This document shows positions 1 to 14,045 of a stretch of 64,000 nt of DNA, piece after piece. How positions within the stretch are numbered: position 1 is the stretch's first letter; each line of letters begins with the position of its first letter. A model generated the notes under the pieces. It saw only the letters and a list, made by a program, of their open reading frames with translations, was not told where the DNA came from and did no database searches. A program made the position numbers and the translations under genes. The DNA is taken from the NCBI GenBank assembly GCA_951406725.2, contig OX597816.1, positions 177,072,001 to 177,136,000 of the forward strand, written 5' to 3'. This stretch comes from Octopus vulgaris (Eukaryota).

Positions 1-107
1 TATTGGTGCAACTATGAATTTTAATTACGATCAACCAATTAGTATATCTCGTAAATCAAAGAATTTGATGTTACTTGGAATTAGAGTTGGGAAATTTGGG
101 TAATTTT

Positions 108-155
108 AGCCAATCAACAGACAGTGAGGCATTAACAGCTTGTTACCATGACAAC
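108..155. promoter_or_regulatory. CCAAT (NF-Y) box plus RFX X-box-like motif
   Basis: AGCCAATCA at 108-116 and quasi-palindromic GTTACCATGACAAC at 142-155 in non-repetitive-looking DNA; motif match only. Confidence 0.25.
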
Positions 156-1534
156 CACACACTGTATTGAGTTCAACCCACATGTTTTGTTTTTATAAAA
201 ATTTATATTTATCAATTAGAAAATCTGAGCAAAATTAAAGGGGGCTCATTTTACGAATGTAAAAGACTAGATCCTAATTTTGTTGTTACATCATGTAAAT
301 TGTGTTTGTATATATGGGGAACAGCTTTTCTTTTAAACATATTTCATTAAATGCACAACTGTGTTCAAATTCTATCTTCTTTATTTTAGATTTATCATAT
401 TCTCTTATTAGTTTTCAACTGCTTATTTGGGAAAAAATAAAGTTTATTATATATATTTCTTGCAAGTTGTCTTAATATTTTACATATTTTCCATATATAG
501 CAAATGTTGTTTGCAATGTTTATACAGTTTCTTCATATTATGAAGGTGAATGGAATATGTGAACTTAGTACAGATAATTTGACATTATTTTTGAATTTTG
601 CATACAAAACATACAAGATACATATATTCTTTTTCTTGGGACAAAGTTTTTGCTGACCAATGCTATTCTTTTCATAGTTTACAAATCCAAGCATGAAAAC
701 ATTACTCAGCTTTGAAATTTTGGAGTGAGACGCCCCCTTTTCACAAACACACATACACATACATGCACTTATAATATTAATGATGTACACAAATATATGA
801 CAGGTAATCATAATACTGAAATACGTATAAAGTAAACACATGCAGACAAATATATTAATATTACAAATTAAAAAAAAAAGAAACAATACATACAATCCAA
901 AAAACCCAGTAAAATGATACATGTTGATTTTATTAGGTATTTCTGTTTATTTAGAAACCCACAATGAAGTGGTCATTTCACAGATGCTAAACTATAAATT
1001 TCACAGGGTACAACCTTAATGTTGACACTGTTCCACTAAACGCAGAAAATTGTCTTGCTATTGGCTATAAATACAGTTTTTTTTTTATTTTTAAACCCCT
1101 GTAACTTTTTCCTCCAATTTTTGTCTCCCCAACATCATACCTTCATAGCAATTAAACTCGAAAACTTCAATATTATAGCTGATTTTCAGATTTTTTACTG
1201 TCTTTTATATTTTGTCAATGAAAAAACTAGATCCCAAAACTACACAAGAATTCCAGAAGAATTTGTTGAACTGCATGCAAATGCAGCAACTGAAGACATA
1301 GAAAATATAAAAGTTGAAATTATTCAGTAAAAGAAAGAAATTGGTAAAAAAAGTGATAAAATATACGAAACTACATAGAAAGTATTCTCAATAAAATGCA
1401 TTAGATACAAGATAATGAATCTAAATAAAAAGAAAATTGCTCTACCCTACAAAAATAAAAAAAATTTTTTAACTGATCAAAACATACACTTAACATCAAC
1501 CAAATCACACTCCTCGGCCTTGGTACCGACTTAA

Positions 1535-1756
1535 CCCTTTCGTTACTAACCCGGCTGAAACCGGCTCTGGCTCTTTAGTACAAATGTCTGGTTTTCAAAA
1601 GTTCTGAATTAAAACCTTCCACCAAACCTTAGTCACAATTTATGTCCCTAACACTAGCTGAATGATAACTAAGTTTATTTTACTTAATTCTTTGTTATAT
1701 TTTAAATAATTGGAAGAAACACTGAACATCTCAAAATAAATTCAGTAAAGAAAGGG
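1535..1756. mobile_element. piggyBac-like MITE (family 1)
   Basis: TTAA at 1531-1534 and 1757-1760; TIRs CCCTTTCGTTACT / AGTAAAGAAAGGG (12/13 match). Confidence 0.85.
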
Positions 1757-2048
1757 TTAAACCAACAACCAAAACATAACTGAAACAAGGTACAAGCTGA
1801 AATCAAACTACTATCTCAAAACTCTAAAAACCTGAACACACACACACCTATGTATGGCTCAGAAAACAATTTACAAACAAAACAAACCCCTGAGATTCAT
1901 AAATATTCCTACACATTCAATTGGCAAATAAACGGACAGTGTTACTAAAAAATACACACTAGAAATCAATATGATAGGCATCATCTTCACCTTAGATATG
2001 TCTATACACATGTGTATGTGAGTATATAACAGGATTGAATTACACATA

Positions 2049-2559
2049 TCTATATATATAAAACTGTAGTTGTGTGAGTGTCTGTCTCCTACGATTTAGA
2101 TTCCTAACTACTCCCACATTTTGCGGTGCAGTTTAACCAAATTCGGGTATCTTATAGTCGTGATTCATATCGAGCCCGTCTGGCTATTAGCGCGTGTCTA
2201 AGATGAGTCTACGATTTTAAAAATAATTTAACATCATTTTTTATTCCATTTTAATGCATAATTTTTCGTGTGTCGATGGCGGCGGAGTTGGCGCCCATGG
2301 TCACACCTGCACCTTTTGCTTCTCCCCTTCTTCCCTCCCTCGTGAAGCTGTGGGGAAGGGAGTTTAAGGAAATCAACGTCGTAAAGCGTTGTCAAGGAGA
2401 CCAGCGTTCTTTTAGAACAACGACTTCATGGCTTGAAGACATCAAAACAGAAATGGCTAAGAAAGCCCGAATTGGCATCTATAAAGGAAGTAACTCTCTA
2501 AAAATGCTTATATAGTTATTTCCCTTACAAACCCGAGCAACGCCGGGCGATACTGCTAG
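2049..2559 (+). mobile_element. Non-autonomous Helitron, long form with ~200-bp GC-richer insert
   Basis: A|TC start (TCTATATATATAAA), subterminal hairpin CCCGAGCAACGCCGGG, CTAG|T end, no TSD; near-identical copy at 21753-22263. Confidence 0.9.
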
Positions 2560-4009
2560 TTTGTATATACACAAACAAATATTTCTCTTTTTTATATACA
2601 AATATCAAATATTTTTGTCTCTTAATTTAAATCATCTTTAGACATCTAGTCAATCATAAGATTCTTTTAGCATTTGCTTTTATTTCCTGAATATTTCTTT
2701 CAATGATTGCCAACTTTATTGTTTAAGTTTTATTTGGGAATTGGAGAAGTGAAACTCTCAAAATCTGAACTTTTAGTTTTAGAAATATGATATATTTTGA
2801 TACTCTGTTTTTAGAATTGATTATTCACTTTTCTTTTTATCTCCACTCTGAAATTTTTGCATTTAAGCATTCATTCACTCTCACTCACACACACGAGTAC
2901 TCACACACACACACACACACACACATGGATAGCTAAGTGGTTAAGAAGTCTGCTTCAGAATCATATGGTTTAAGGTTCACTCTAACTGTATGGAACCATC
3001 AGCTTGTGTCTTTTGCAACAACTGTGTGTTGACCAATGTCTTTTGAATGAAATGGAACACTGGAAGAAGTCCATCATATATAAGTGTGAGTGAATTCCCT
3101 TGACTTCATATGTGTATGTAAATTGTAAACAAAGGTCATCACACAAAAACTATTGCAATCTTTCAAATAACATATCCAGCCATTGAGCAGTTCATTATTT
3201 AAAGAACTAGGGAAAATGTTAAGTGACTTGGAAACAAAAGAGGTTGTAGCGAGTTGGTGAAACATTTTATGCCAATCAGTGAGGTGGTCCTTCTGTGGAT
3301 ATAAAGCCTGTGTGTGTATCAGCACTACCATCTCAGATGTGGGAGCATACTCCCCCACAAGACTCATCTGAACTTTGTAGAAGGGTTTTACTATTTTCTG
3401 AGCCCGAAGATGGAGAAGGCCAGTCTTTGTAATGTAGTCTTTACTTTTGAGACCTTACTCTTTATAGTGTTGATTAATATTCTTTGAATAAATTTCACTT
3501 TATGAAAATAGATTTTAGATGAATTTTTGTAAGATCTTGCAGCCTTAAAATTGATCTTTGACTCCATGTTTTGACTCCATTTGATCAAAAGTGTACATCC
3601 TCTGACATGGGACAAAAAAAAACTATGTGATTACATTTCCATTGCTAAGTCAAAATGTAATCCAAATGTATATTTCGTTTATATTATTTATCAATTATGT
3701 ATAAAGTATGACCCAATTAGAGTAAAATGTTATACTTATGAATTCAGATCAAATTATACAACATGTAGCAACTGTTTTTGCTTTTCCCATTTTCATTTCG
3801 AATGAAATTTCTTTTCATTAGATAAAATACCTACATTTGTAGAGAAAATATTTGCATTATTACAAGTTCTTCCTTCTTTTTTAATCAAACCTTTATGAAT
3901 GAAAAACAGCTCCTTATTGGTGTTGAACATAATGATGCATTGAAAAGCACAAAGGATTTAGTCTACTTCTTTAATTGTTTTGGCATTATCTCCACCCAAC
4001 CTTATAAAG

Positions 4010-4190
4010 TGGGGTTCTAGCAGAGACATTAGAACATTCGATAGAATGTCTTGTATTTGTTCTGGCTCTTTGTGCTTTGAGTTCAAATTCCACTGCAGTT
4101 AACTTTGTCTTTAAACCTTTTAAAGTGAATAAATAAGTACCAGTCAAGTACTGGAGTTGATTTCCTTGCTCTATCTCTCCCTCTCAAAAT
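4010..4190 (+). mobile_element. Decayed SINE, group X
   Basis: GAGTTCAAATTCC B-box followed by diverged CTTTG..TTT..AATAAGTACCAG domain shared with younger copies; ends approximate. Confidence 0.6.
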
Positions 4191-6052
4191 TGACTATGCA
4201 ACACTGCCAGGGACCATACACAATGTCTATGATTTTAGGAATAATAGAACCTATTGACATAATTTAAAATCTCTATTAGGCCTGGGAAATGTCCCTCACA
4301 TTCCAAGAATTAGTAGTTGCAGATGCTGACCTCCAGCTTTGTATAACAACAACAACAACAGTAATAGTGCCAGTGCACACAATTTTATCAATTCCAAACA
4401 ATAAAAGGCAAAGATAATTCCAATAAGATTTGAATTCAGAACATAAATGGATGTATCTAAATACTAAAAGGTAATTATCCTATTTGGTGCTCCAATGATT
4501 CTGCCGAATTTGTAGGGTTGTGTAGTATAGAAATATATTACTGGTATTTATTCATCAATCCTAGAGAGATAAAAAGTGAAGTCAACTCTGATGAGATTTG
4601 AACTTTGAATACAAAAAGATGAAGATATTATTAGGTCAAACCTCTACGGCTGTACCCTTGGTATCACTTCACTTCTTTTATTTTGTTATCTACAGTTTTA
4701 TGGTCTGGTGATAAGATCTCAATTTTTTTTCCTTTTCTCCAAAAAAGGACAAACATCCAAATCTTTAGTCCTCTCTTCTTTCTCATGTCATAAAATTTAT
4801 TTCACTGTTTGAACTATTTGTATTACTTTCTGCCAACACAGACCATGACTAGTTTTTCCCAGATTCTGCTGTTTTATTATGTATTGCTAAGCATTTAATG
4901 TGTTGTTGTTCTATTCTAGTCAGTTTGCAGCCTTAAAGGCAATTTCTGTTGGCTGTGCTTTAAAGTCTCAGGCTTTCAGGGGATGAAAATAAGGTTTTCT
5001 GAGACTCATAATTTTTTTTCCCCAAGTGCACTAGTAGTATAAATTAATCAAAATAGATTGTAACAATAATTGAAACTGCATCCCCAGCATGTAAGAAATT
5101 TACTATTTAATTTGCAGCATTAATAAAAATGGTTGGTAAAACAAAAGAACAAATATTGTAGCTATTGATAACCAAACAAATAAATCAATATTAAAAAGGT
5201 TTCTAATTGAATTAAATTCTCTTCGCTCTTTTTAATGATAAATAATATCTTTCCTTTAACTAGACACAACGTAAATTTGAAGAAGAGAAGGAAGTTATCA
5301 ATTCAGTCTGCCTATAAGTAATGGTATTAATTTTCTGTATAATGTATTACACAGAAAATTAATTTTAAGTGTGGAAACATATTTAATCTTGCTGTAATTT
5401 CATCCCTAAACTCACTGCTTATTTAGACACTCAGAAAACCAATTTTTGACATGGTTTCAACTCTTGCTTATAGATTTTCCTTTAATTTCCTTCAAAAGTT
5501 TCTTTGGAAAAGGCATGAATGTCTTTACTCAAATTTCCTAATGTCAAATATTTAAAGCTTTAAGTTAAACTGAAGGGATTAACTGCTTACTCCTCTTATA
5601 TATGCCGAAGTATTCAGTATGGTCTTCCAGCTAGCTGAGACATAATACATGTCACACACATTACATTTGTGGTCTCCCTTAATCTTTTGACCTATACATA
5701 CATCCACCGGCCTAAATAAATCAGGACTGACCTTGGGCTACACAACAATGAAAAAATCCTTAGAACAAATCTGAAAAATTAAGATCAAAACATATTTTAT
5801 ATACGACATCATATAAAATGCGATATTCGTGTTACTACATAAGGCTATATGATCCCCATACACTGTAAAGTGATCTTTGTTCCAATTTTGATTAATGAAA
5901 TTTATTAATTTCAAACACATCTGTTCAAACACATAAACATACACACCCTCAAGCTCACACACACACACACATACACACACATACAGCATATACACATGCA
6001 CAAAATATTAATTTGTGCAAGATTTATTTATTGTTTTTTATTCTTAAGTTAT

Positions 6053-6406
6053 AGCGGACTCGCGGTCATAGGATCACGGTTTCGATTCCCAGACCGGGCG
6101 TTGTGAGTGTTTATTGAGCGAAAACACCTAAAGCTCCATGAGGCTCCGGCAGGGGATGGTGGTGATCCCTGCTGTACTCTTTCACTACAACTTTCTCTCA
6201 CTCTTACTTCCTGTTTCTGTTGTACCTGTATTTCAAAGGGCTGGCCTTGTCACTCTCTGTGTCACGCTGAATATCCCCGAGAACTACGTTAAGGGTACAC
6301 GTGTCTGTGGAGTGCTCAGCCACTTACACGTTAATTTCACGAGCAGGCTGTTCCATTGATTCGGATCAACCGGAACCCTCGTCGTTGTAACCGACGGAGT
6401 GCTTCC
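6053..6406 (+). mobile_element. tRNA-derived SINE group A (tail type 1), 5'-truncated
   Basis: GGTTTCGATTCCC B-box; body matches 15757-16149, 23018-23408 and 26212-26563. Confidence 0.9.
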
Positions 6407-7575
6407 ATTACATCCACAAGTCTAGAACATAGGTAAAAATGACTTATAGCGTTTAGTTATGCTTCTTTACATTCTAATTTGCCTTTCATCTTTCCAAAGT
6501 GACAAGATAAATGCCAGTCAGCAACTAAGGTGAGTTTTAATCAAATCCAGCCATCCTCTAAATTTAAGATTCTATGTTTATATCAGAAATCAACATTGTG
6601 TACCCCTTCCTCCATATTAATCCAATTAGTGTATGTACTTCACAACTGCATAGTTTAGGGTTTGGTCCCACTGTGTAACATCTTGAGCAAGTGGCTGGCT
6701 ATTGTCTTGTGAATGAAACTGGTAGATTAACACATTTGTAGACCCCAATTATATATGTGAGTATGTGTGTGCGTGTGTATCCAAATCATTTATCTTTTAC
6801 TTGTTTCGGTCATTAGACTGCGGCAGGGGCATCCAGCTGTAGAAACCATGCCAAAGCTGATGACTGGAACCTGGTGCAGCCTTCTGACTTGCTTGTTTCT
6901 GTCAAATTGAGTGGTACTTTGCTCCAGTTTCTTGATAAGCAGATTAGAGATACATATACCCACTAGATATGATAGCAATTTATCTCAGAGAATATTCCCA
7001 GAGGAGCTGATACCAATTCAACAGTTAGGTGAACTGAATAGCAAAGAATTAAGTGTACTGCCTGGTTTCACAAGGAAATGCTGGTCACAGAGTTGAATAC
7101 TAAGACCTATTAGCTGATAAGGCTTGTGAAACATTTCATTTTTCATAGGGAATTTCTATATTCATTGAATCAGAAGATGAATGAACTTACAAATTCTGAT
7201 ATTTCAACAGAAACCGCGGAGGAATTCTTTTCATTAAATTTTTTTTTTTATAAGAGATTATCTTTTTTCATTTCCAAGCACTTATGGTGTGGCTGTTTTA
7301 GTCTTAGGTCAATTCTAATAATGCAAATCTACGGTCACAGGCTTCCAACCATGGCTTCAGCATCTTTGTTTCAGACGTAGTGTATCTAAGAATACATTAT
7401 TTAATGTGCCCTTCCATTTTCTAAACAAGATGTGATTTGAGGGAGATTTGGCTGCTGTTTTGAGCTATGACCAAGAACATTCTAGTCATGGCCCGTCCAT
7501 CTTTTTCAAAATGTATGTAGGTCTACATTATCTAAAGTGCCTCCTATTTTTTTTTAATGACGACAGATATCCACA

Positions 7576-7792
7576 TTGCCAAAGTCCACTCAGCTAGTAA
7601 AAATCAGTCTTGCTTGTATTTCAAAGGGCCAGCCTTGTCATATTCTGTGTCATACTGAATCTCTCTTAGAACTATGTTTAAGGGTATGCATGTCTGTGGA
7701 GTGCTTGGCCACTTGCACATTAATTTCACGAGTAGGCTGTTCTGTTGATCGGCTCTACTGGAACTCTCGTCATCGCAACCGACCGAGTGCCA
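7576..7792 (+). mobile_element. Older SINE fragment with group A type-1 tail
   Basis: TGTATTTCAAAGGGCCAGCCTTGTC...ACCGA tail preceded by AGTCCACTCAGCT motif also seen in 41451-41632. Confidence 0.65.
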
Positions 7793-8317
7793 GCTATCAG
7801 AGTGATTGTAGCTAATTAGATAGATGTAGCTAATTAGATAGATCTATGATGAAAGACATTGCAAATGTGTCTATCCTGTCTGTCTTTAATTTTCTGTCAC
7901 ACTATACCTAAAACTACACTCTCAATGGGTTTTCATTCTTATTATGCTGGAAGGGTGTTATTCGAAGAATATTCAAATCTTAGCTGTTTCTAAGAAAGCC
8001 GTTCTCTCAGTCACTTGTAGAAGGATGATGATAACAATGATGATGAAGATATAAAACATTTGTGTGCTAGGTGAAAAGCAAGATAAAGAAGAGGGAGATG
8101 CCCATAATAAACCAAGGGAATAGTATTTCACATTCTGATGATGTTAATCACTGGGTATGATAAAATGTAATTAATAACCCTTTAATAAGTGGATATTTAT
8201 ATTTTTGTCTTGATGAACAGATTGTAAATATAATTAGAATATCAGGATAGCAAAGAGGGAAAGAATCAGTGAGATAGCTGGCTGGATAATGTGCATGTGT
8301 GAGTGTAAGTGATGATG

Positions 8318-8348
<31 letters not shown>

Positions 8349-8361
8349 TGTATATGATATA

Positions 8362-8759
8362 TCTTTATATAGAAAAGAGAAGTTGTGTGTCTGTCTCCTA
8401 CGATTTAGATTCCTAACTACTCCCACATTTTGCAGTGCAGTTTAACCAAAAGTGGGTATCTTATAGTTGTGATTTATATCGAGCCCTTTTGAGTATTAGC
8501 ACACGTCTACGATGAGTCTATGATTTAAAAAAAAATTTACCATCATTTTTTTCCATTTTAATGCATTTTTTCGCTATTATATAAGGGAAGTAACTCTCTA
8601 AAAATGTCTACGATGAGTCAACGATTTAAAAAAAAATTTACCATAATTTTTTTTCCATTTTTAATGCATATTTTTGCTATTTTTTGGCTATAACTCTCTA
8701 AAAATGCTTATATAGTTATTTCTCTTACAAACCTGAGCAACGCCAGGCGATACTGCTAG
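8362..8759 (+). mobile_element. Non-autonomous Helitron with two internal ~100-bp units
   Basis: A|TC start, hairpin CCTGAGCAACGCCAGG, CTAG|T end. Confidence 0.9.
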
Positions 8760-8767
8760 TATATATA

Positions 8768-8814
<47 letters not shown>

Positions 8815-10090
8815 CATATACACACTCGTATAATATCATCATCAATTTAATGTCTACTTTACCATGCTTAAACACACACCCAACCACAATGACGATGATG
8901 ATGTTGTTGTTGTTTTGAGATTCCTTACTTAATTCTTCTGATATCAAACCTGCCTGAAATATGATACAAAACCTGAAGTGTTCATATTTTAATTAAAACC
9001 ATCAAAAATAGTATTAGGTGAGAATCATTCTAGTAAGCAGTAATGAACAAAACACAGATCTCTGTAACTTAATTGTTTGGCAAAAGAGACTGACAGAGTA
9101 AGTATGAGACCTAGGAAAATAAGTGCTAGGATTGATTTGTTTTCACTGAAACCCTTGAAGGCTATGCCCCGGCATGACTGCAGTCCAATGACTGAAGCAA
9201 GTAACAAAATAAAGGATAATATATAAGCAGTATACTTCATTACAAACCTGATCACAAAAGAGTCAAATATCCACCTTCCCACAAACACGTGTCTACACAC
9301 AAAAGACAATTTTATCTATAGATTAGATTGCATTTAAATCTGAAATAAAACTTGTATAAATTGCTAAAGTAACAGTTGTTCTAGACTGGCTCCATAAATG
9401 CAAATATATTCCTTTATATATAACTTTGTGTGTGTAAGTGTATCGGTATCCAAGTATGTGTGTGTGTATATATCTATCTATGTATGTATGTATGTATAGA
9501 TGTTTTCATTAATAAGCAAACATACATGCACTCTTAAAATTTCACAAACTTGTGTTCTCTTGGCATCAGAAAGAAGTCTTTGAGTACAAAGAGAATCACA
9601 AGCCGGATTAGAGACAGTCATGTACATTATCTGGTACAATACAGAAAACCTGTTGTATTATTGCACCTGATGTCGATTAGCACTTGTCATCATGCACCTG
9701 CCACTCAACTGAACTGCAATCAAACAAACAAATTAAACAGTAAAGAAATAATGTAAGTTGTGACTTTGAGGCATAAATTAACACCCACTTGAAGGATGGA
9801 AATATTGGAACCACTCCAGCAACTACACCTCACTACCACACTCTCACATATTATTTATCAAAAAAAAAAAAAAAAAAGCTAAGGTAAAAAAAAACAACAA
9901 AAACCTAACACACCATGATGTCACAATTTATTTAGAAACAACTGCGTATTTTATCTGTCACTATTCTGTTAGGCTTTTTGTAACAACAAACAACACAATA
10001 ATAATATCTCTTTTGATCAGAAAACCTGGACATGGCAATCTATGTGACACCCCAACCCCATGTGTGTGTGGTTTTGTCTCTAATTAATAT

Positions 10091-10321
<231 letters not shown>

Positions 10322-10499
10322 GGGAACCTTAGACAATGTGTCAACACAAACATGAAGTATGTTTTTTAACCTAGCATAGTCAGTGCAGTTCTAAGACATA
10401 TGTCTGTGTGTGTGTGTGAGAGAGAGAGAGAGAAAAAAAGAAAGAGAGAGAGAGGGGGAGGAAGAAAGAGAGAGTGTCTACTAGCAAGATGAAGGTTAC

Positions 10500-10545
10500 T
10501 TCAAAAGTGGGTCTTTGCTGTGCCAAAGTTGGCAGGTAGCTATTT
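10500..10545 (-). other. Candidate 46-nt exon of an unidentified minus-strand transcript
   Basis: Long AG-free T-rich tract then TTTTTACCTGCAG| acceptor; GAA|GTAACC donor (weak); reads NSYLPTLAQQRPTFE. Confidence 0.15.
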
Positions 10546-10938
10546 CTGCAGGTAAAAATCATTATTGGACCAATGGTAAAAGACAACAATGAAATAAAAC
10601 AGAAATAAAAAATCACTGAAGAGTCAAGTATTGATATTAATGTACACAAATCTATTCAGGCCTAGATACACACATATATATGTATAGGAAGCACACATAC
10701 TTGCACAATACACACACAATAAATAACAAACAGATGGATTATATGATAGACACTTCAATTACACACCACACATCCCTTTACACAGCACAAATATACATAA
10801 ATATTTAGTATATATGCATTTATATAACACTTAAAATATCACTATTGCTAATGTCATGTAGAAAGCACCCATTTACACTCTGTAAAATGGTTGGCATTAG
10901 GAAGGACACTTAGCCATAGAAATGATGTCAAAGTAGAT

Positions 10939-11190
10939 AGGCGCAGGAGTGGCTGTGTGGTAAGTAGCTTGCTAACCAACCACATGGTTCCGGGTTCACA
11001 TACACATATATATATATACATATATACGACAGGCTTCTTTCAGTTTCCGTCTACCAAATCCACTCACAAGGCATTGGTCGGCCCGGGGCTATAGCAGAAG
11101 ACACTTGCCCAAGATGCCACGCAGTGGGACTGAACCCGGAACCATGTGGCTGGTAAGCAAGCTACTTACCACACAGCCACTCCTGCGCCT
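10939..11190. mobile_element. Fold-back group Y SINE: forward head plus inverted 5' half
   Basis: 10939-10998 is the reverse complement of 11131-11190 (58/60 identical). Confidence 0.9.
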
Positions 11191-12068
11191 GTTATATTTA
11201 TTTATTTTCATCTTGGATTACTTTTTTTAATCGCAGTTTCATCTCATGTAATAATCTCAGTCAAATGTCATCAATCAAACAAGAATCAAAATCTGAATAA
11301 GTCTTTAAAATAATCTGATCTTGAGATGTTAGGGTTATCACTTAAATTAATATCAATTTAGAAAAGCAATGTGCTTTCCTATTATTCTATTTCTGATAAA
11401 TAAATAAAATACATAAGCCAGGAACAACAAATAAAAACTATCTGAAACATAATTTTTTTCATTTGTTGTTTATTTTTAGTGTAAATGCATTTAAAAATAA
11501 AACAAAAAAATGAGGTTTTTATCCTGTTTCAAAATAAAACAGAAATGAACTAGTTTTAGTCTAAAATATATCCGGCATCAAGTTATTTCTCCTGACTATT
11601 TACTGCTTCAATTGAAATGGTTATTTATTATTTTGTTCTTTTTTTTTCACATAATTATTTAAACTACAAGTTACTAAACTCTTCAAAAAATATGTCGTTT
11701 GTGCCGTCTTTTTACTGGTACATTATGCAGCAAATATGGTGATAGAAATATTTAACATAGCAGCTTGCTCTAAATAGCAGCAATTTTTAATATTATTTTA
11801 TGGCTTTGAGAAAAAAAAAAAATATAACAAAATGTATAATTCATGTTTAAAGAAATTTTTAAACAGTTTGAATTCATCACAAGCAAATTGCAAAATAGGT
11901 TAACTTTTTAGCTTAAATATGTATGCGAGTGCGCGGGCACACACGCATTGACACAGACACACCTATGTGAACACACACACACATATATATATATACACGC
12001 ATATAAATTTATGTGTATGTATATGCATGTATACACTCATAAACATGTTTAAATATATATATACACAC

Positions 12069-12113
<45 letters not shown>

Positions 12114-12630
12114 TATACATATATGCATATGCACACATATACACACACACACACCCATATACATATACAGGTCAATAAAAATGCCGCCAAATTGATATAA
12201 AAGTGACTGTTTAGTAAATGTGTTTACTTTATCTTTGCACCATTCTCCTCCTGAGTCAATCATAAATATTTAGGTTGGAGATTCCTTCACAATTTCAGGC
12301 CATTAACAGCAGAACTATTTTCTACATGTGTTTGTGTGCTTGTGTGTGTGTGTGTGCATGTGTAAGTGTTTTCTTTTTTAATGGTACCACTGTGATACAA
12401 CTAAGACATCAACACAATGTAACAAACTTTTCTTCTCAAATAACTGGAGTTTTCTGAAATAATTCCAGGTCAACATTTAATTTACATATATATGCATAGA
12501 CACATGTATAGATGAATATTTAAAATGTACACCCGCAAACATATTGATAAAGTTAGTAACTATGGTGGCGTACCTAGAGGTTTCACTGCCCAGGGAAGCT
12601 CCTCAGCTTTGCATCCTACTTTATGATAAA

Positions 12631-12927
12631 CTAGCAGTATCGCCCGGCGTTGCTCGGGTTTGTAAGGGAAATAACTATATAAGCATTTTTAGAGAGTTAT
12701 AGCCAAAAAATAGCAAAAAAATGCATTAAAAATGGAAAAAAAATGATGGTAAATTTCTTTAAAAATCGTAGACTCATCGTAGACGCGCGCTAATACCCAG
12801 AAGGGCTCGATATGAATCACGACTATAAGATACCCGCTTTTGGTTACACTGCACCGCAAAATGTGGGAGTAGTTAGGAATCTAAATCGTAGGAGACAGAC
12901 ACACAACTTCACTTTTATATATAAAGA
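12631..12927 (-). mobile_element. Non-autonomous Helitron, shortest form (one internal unit)
   Basis: A|CTAG plus hairpin at left end, GA|T at right end. Confidence 0.9.
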
Positions 12928-13047
12928 TATGATACATCTCAAAACTGCTGCCCAAAGTGGAATATCTCCCTTTTACATATACAAGTGAATAATATATTAA
13001 CATTTCTGAACACAAAAAACACACACACAATTGTTGTTACTAAATAA

Positions 13048-13202
13048 TGGCTGTGTGGTAAGTAGCTTGCTTACCAACCACATGGTTCCGGGTTCAGTCC
13101 CACTGCGTGGCACCTTGGGCAAGTGTCTTCTACTATAGCCTCGGGCCGACCAAAGCCTTGTGAGTGGATTTGGTAGACGGAAACTGAAAGAAGCCCGTCG
13201 TA

Positions 13203-13283
<81 letters not shown>

Positions 13284-13500
13284 GTGCATGTGTGTGTTTG
13301 TGTGTCTGTGTTTGTCCCCCCACCATTGCTTGACAACCGATGCTGGTGTGCTTATGTCCCCGTTACTTAGCGGTTCGGCAAAAGAGACCGATAGAATAAG
13401 TACTGGGCTTACAAAAGAATAAGTCCCGGGGTCGAGTTGCTCGATTAAAGGCAGTGCTCCAGCATGGCCGCAGTCAAATGACTGAAAAAAGTAAAAGAGT
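13048..13500 (+). mobile_element. tRNA-derived SINE group Y
   Basis: TGGCTGTGTGG A-box, GGTTCAGTCCC B-box, CCTTGGGCAAGT CORE-like motif, internal (TA)n(TG)n, GTAAAAGA tail. Confidence 0.92.
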
Positions 13501-13695
13501 AAATAATCTTAGTTGAAGGAAGAGGAGGAGATGTGTCCATGACCTTTGAAGGCCCATCCAGACTAGAGAGAAGGACAGGGACTGATAAACAGCCACAAAT
13601 GTTATCAACAACTGCAGTGAAACCCAAAGTCACCAAAGTACCAGGTTTAGGTGCTGAATTGAGCCGAGAGTTATTAGATATAGCACCATAAATGC

Positions 13696-14045
13696 AGGCA
13701 TGGCTTCCCAACCACATGGTTCTTGGTTCAGTCTCACAACATGGCACCTTGGGGTAACCCCAAGTCAACCAAAGCCCTCTGAGTGGATTTGGTGGATGGA
13801 AAATGAAAGAAGCTTGTTGTGTGTATCTTTATGTTTGTCTTCCACCTCTGCTTGAAAATGATGTTGGTTTGTTTACATTCTTGTAACTTAGCATGTTCAG
13901 CAAAAAAAACCCCCCCAAAAACCCAAAGAATAAGTAGCAGGTTTTAAAAAATAAGTATTGGCATTGATTAGTTTGAGAAAACCTTATAAAGTGCTGCCCC
14001 AGGATGGTCAGAGTCCAATGACTGAAACAAATAAAATATAAAAGA
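13696..14045 (+). mobile_element. Older group Y SINE
   Basis: Diverged but collinear with 13048-13500. Confidence 0.75.

Noticed and set aside
533-922. 129-aa hydrophobic ORF
   Set aside because: Composition follows T-rich low-complexity DNA; no motif or splice support
2270-2515. Small conserved protein repeated at 21797-22060
   Set aside because: Similarity reflects two Helitron copies; N-termini differ by frameshift and no real ATG start is shared
6107-6359. Recurrent MFIERKHL and MVVIPAVLF ORFs
   Set aside because: Chance open frames in group A SINE copies
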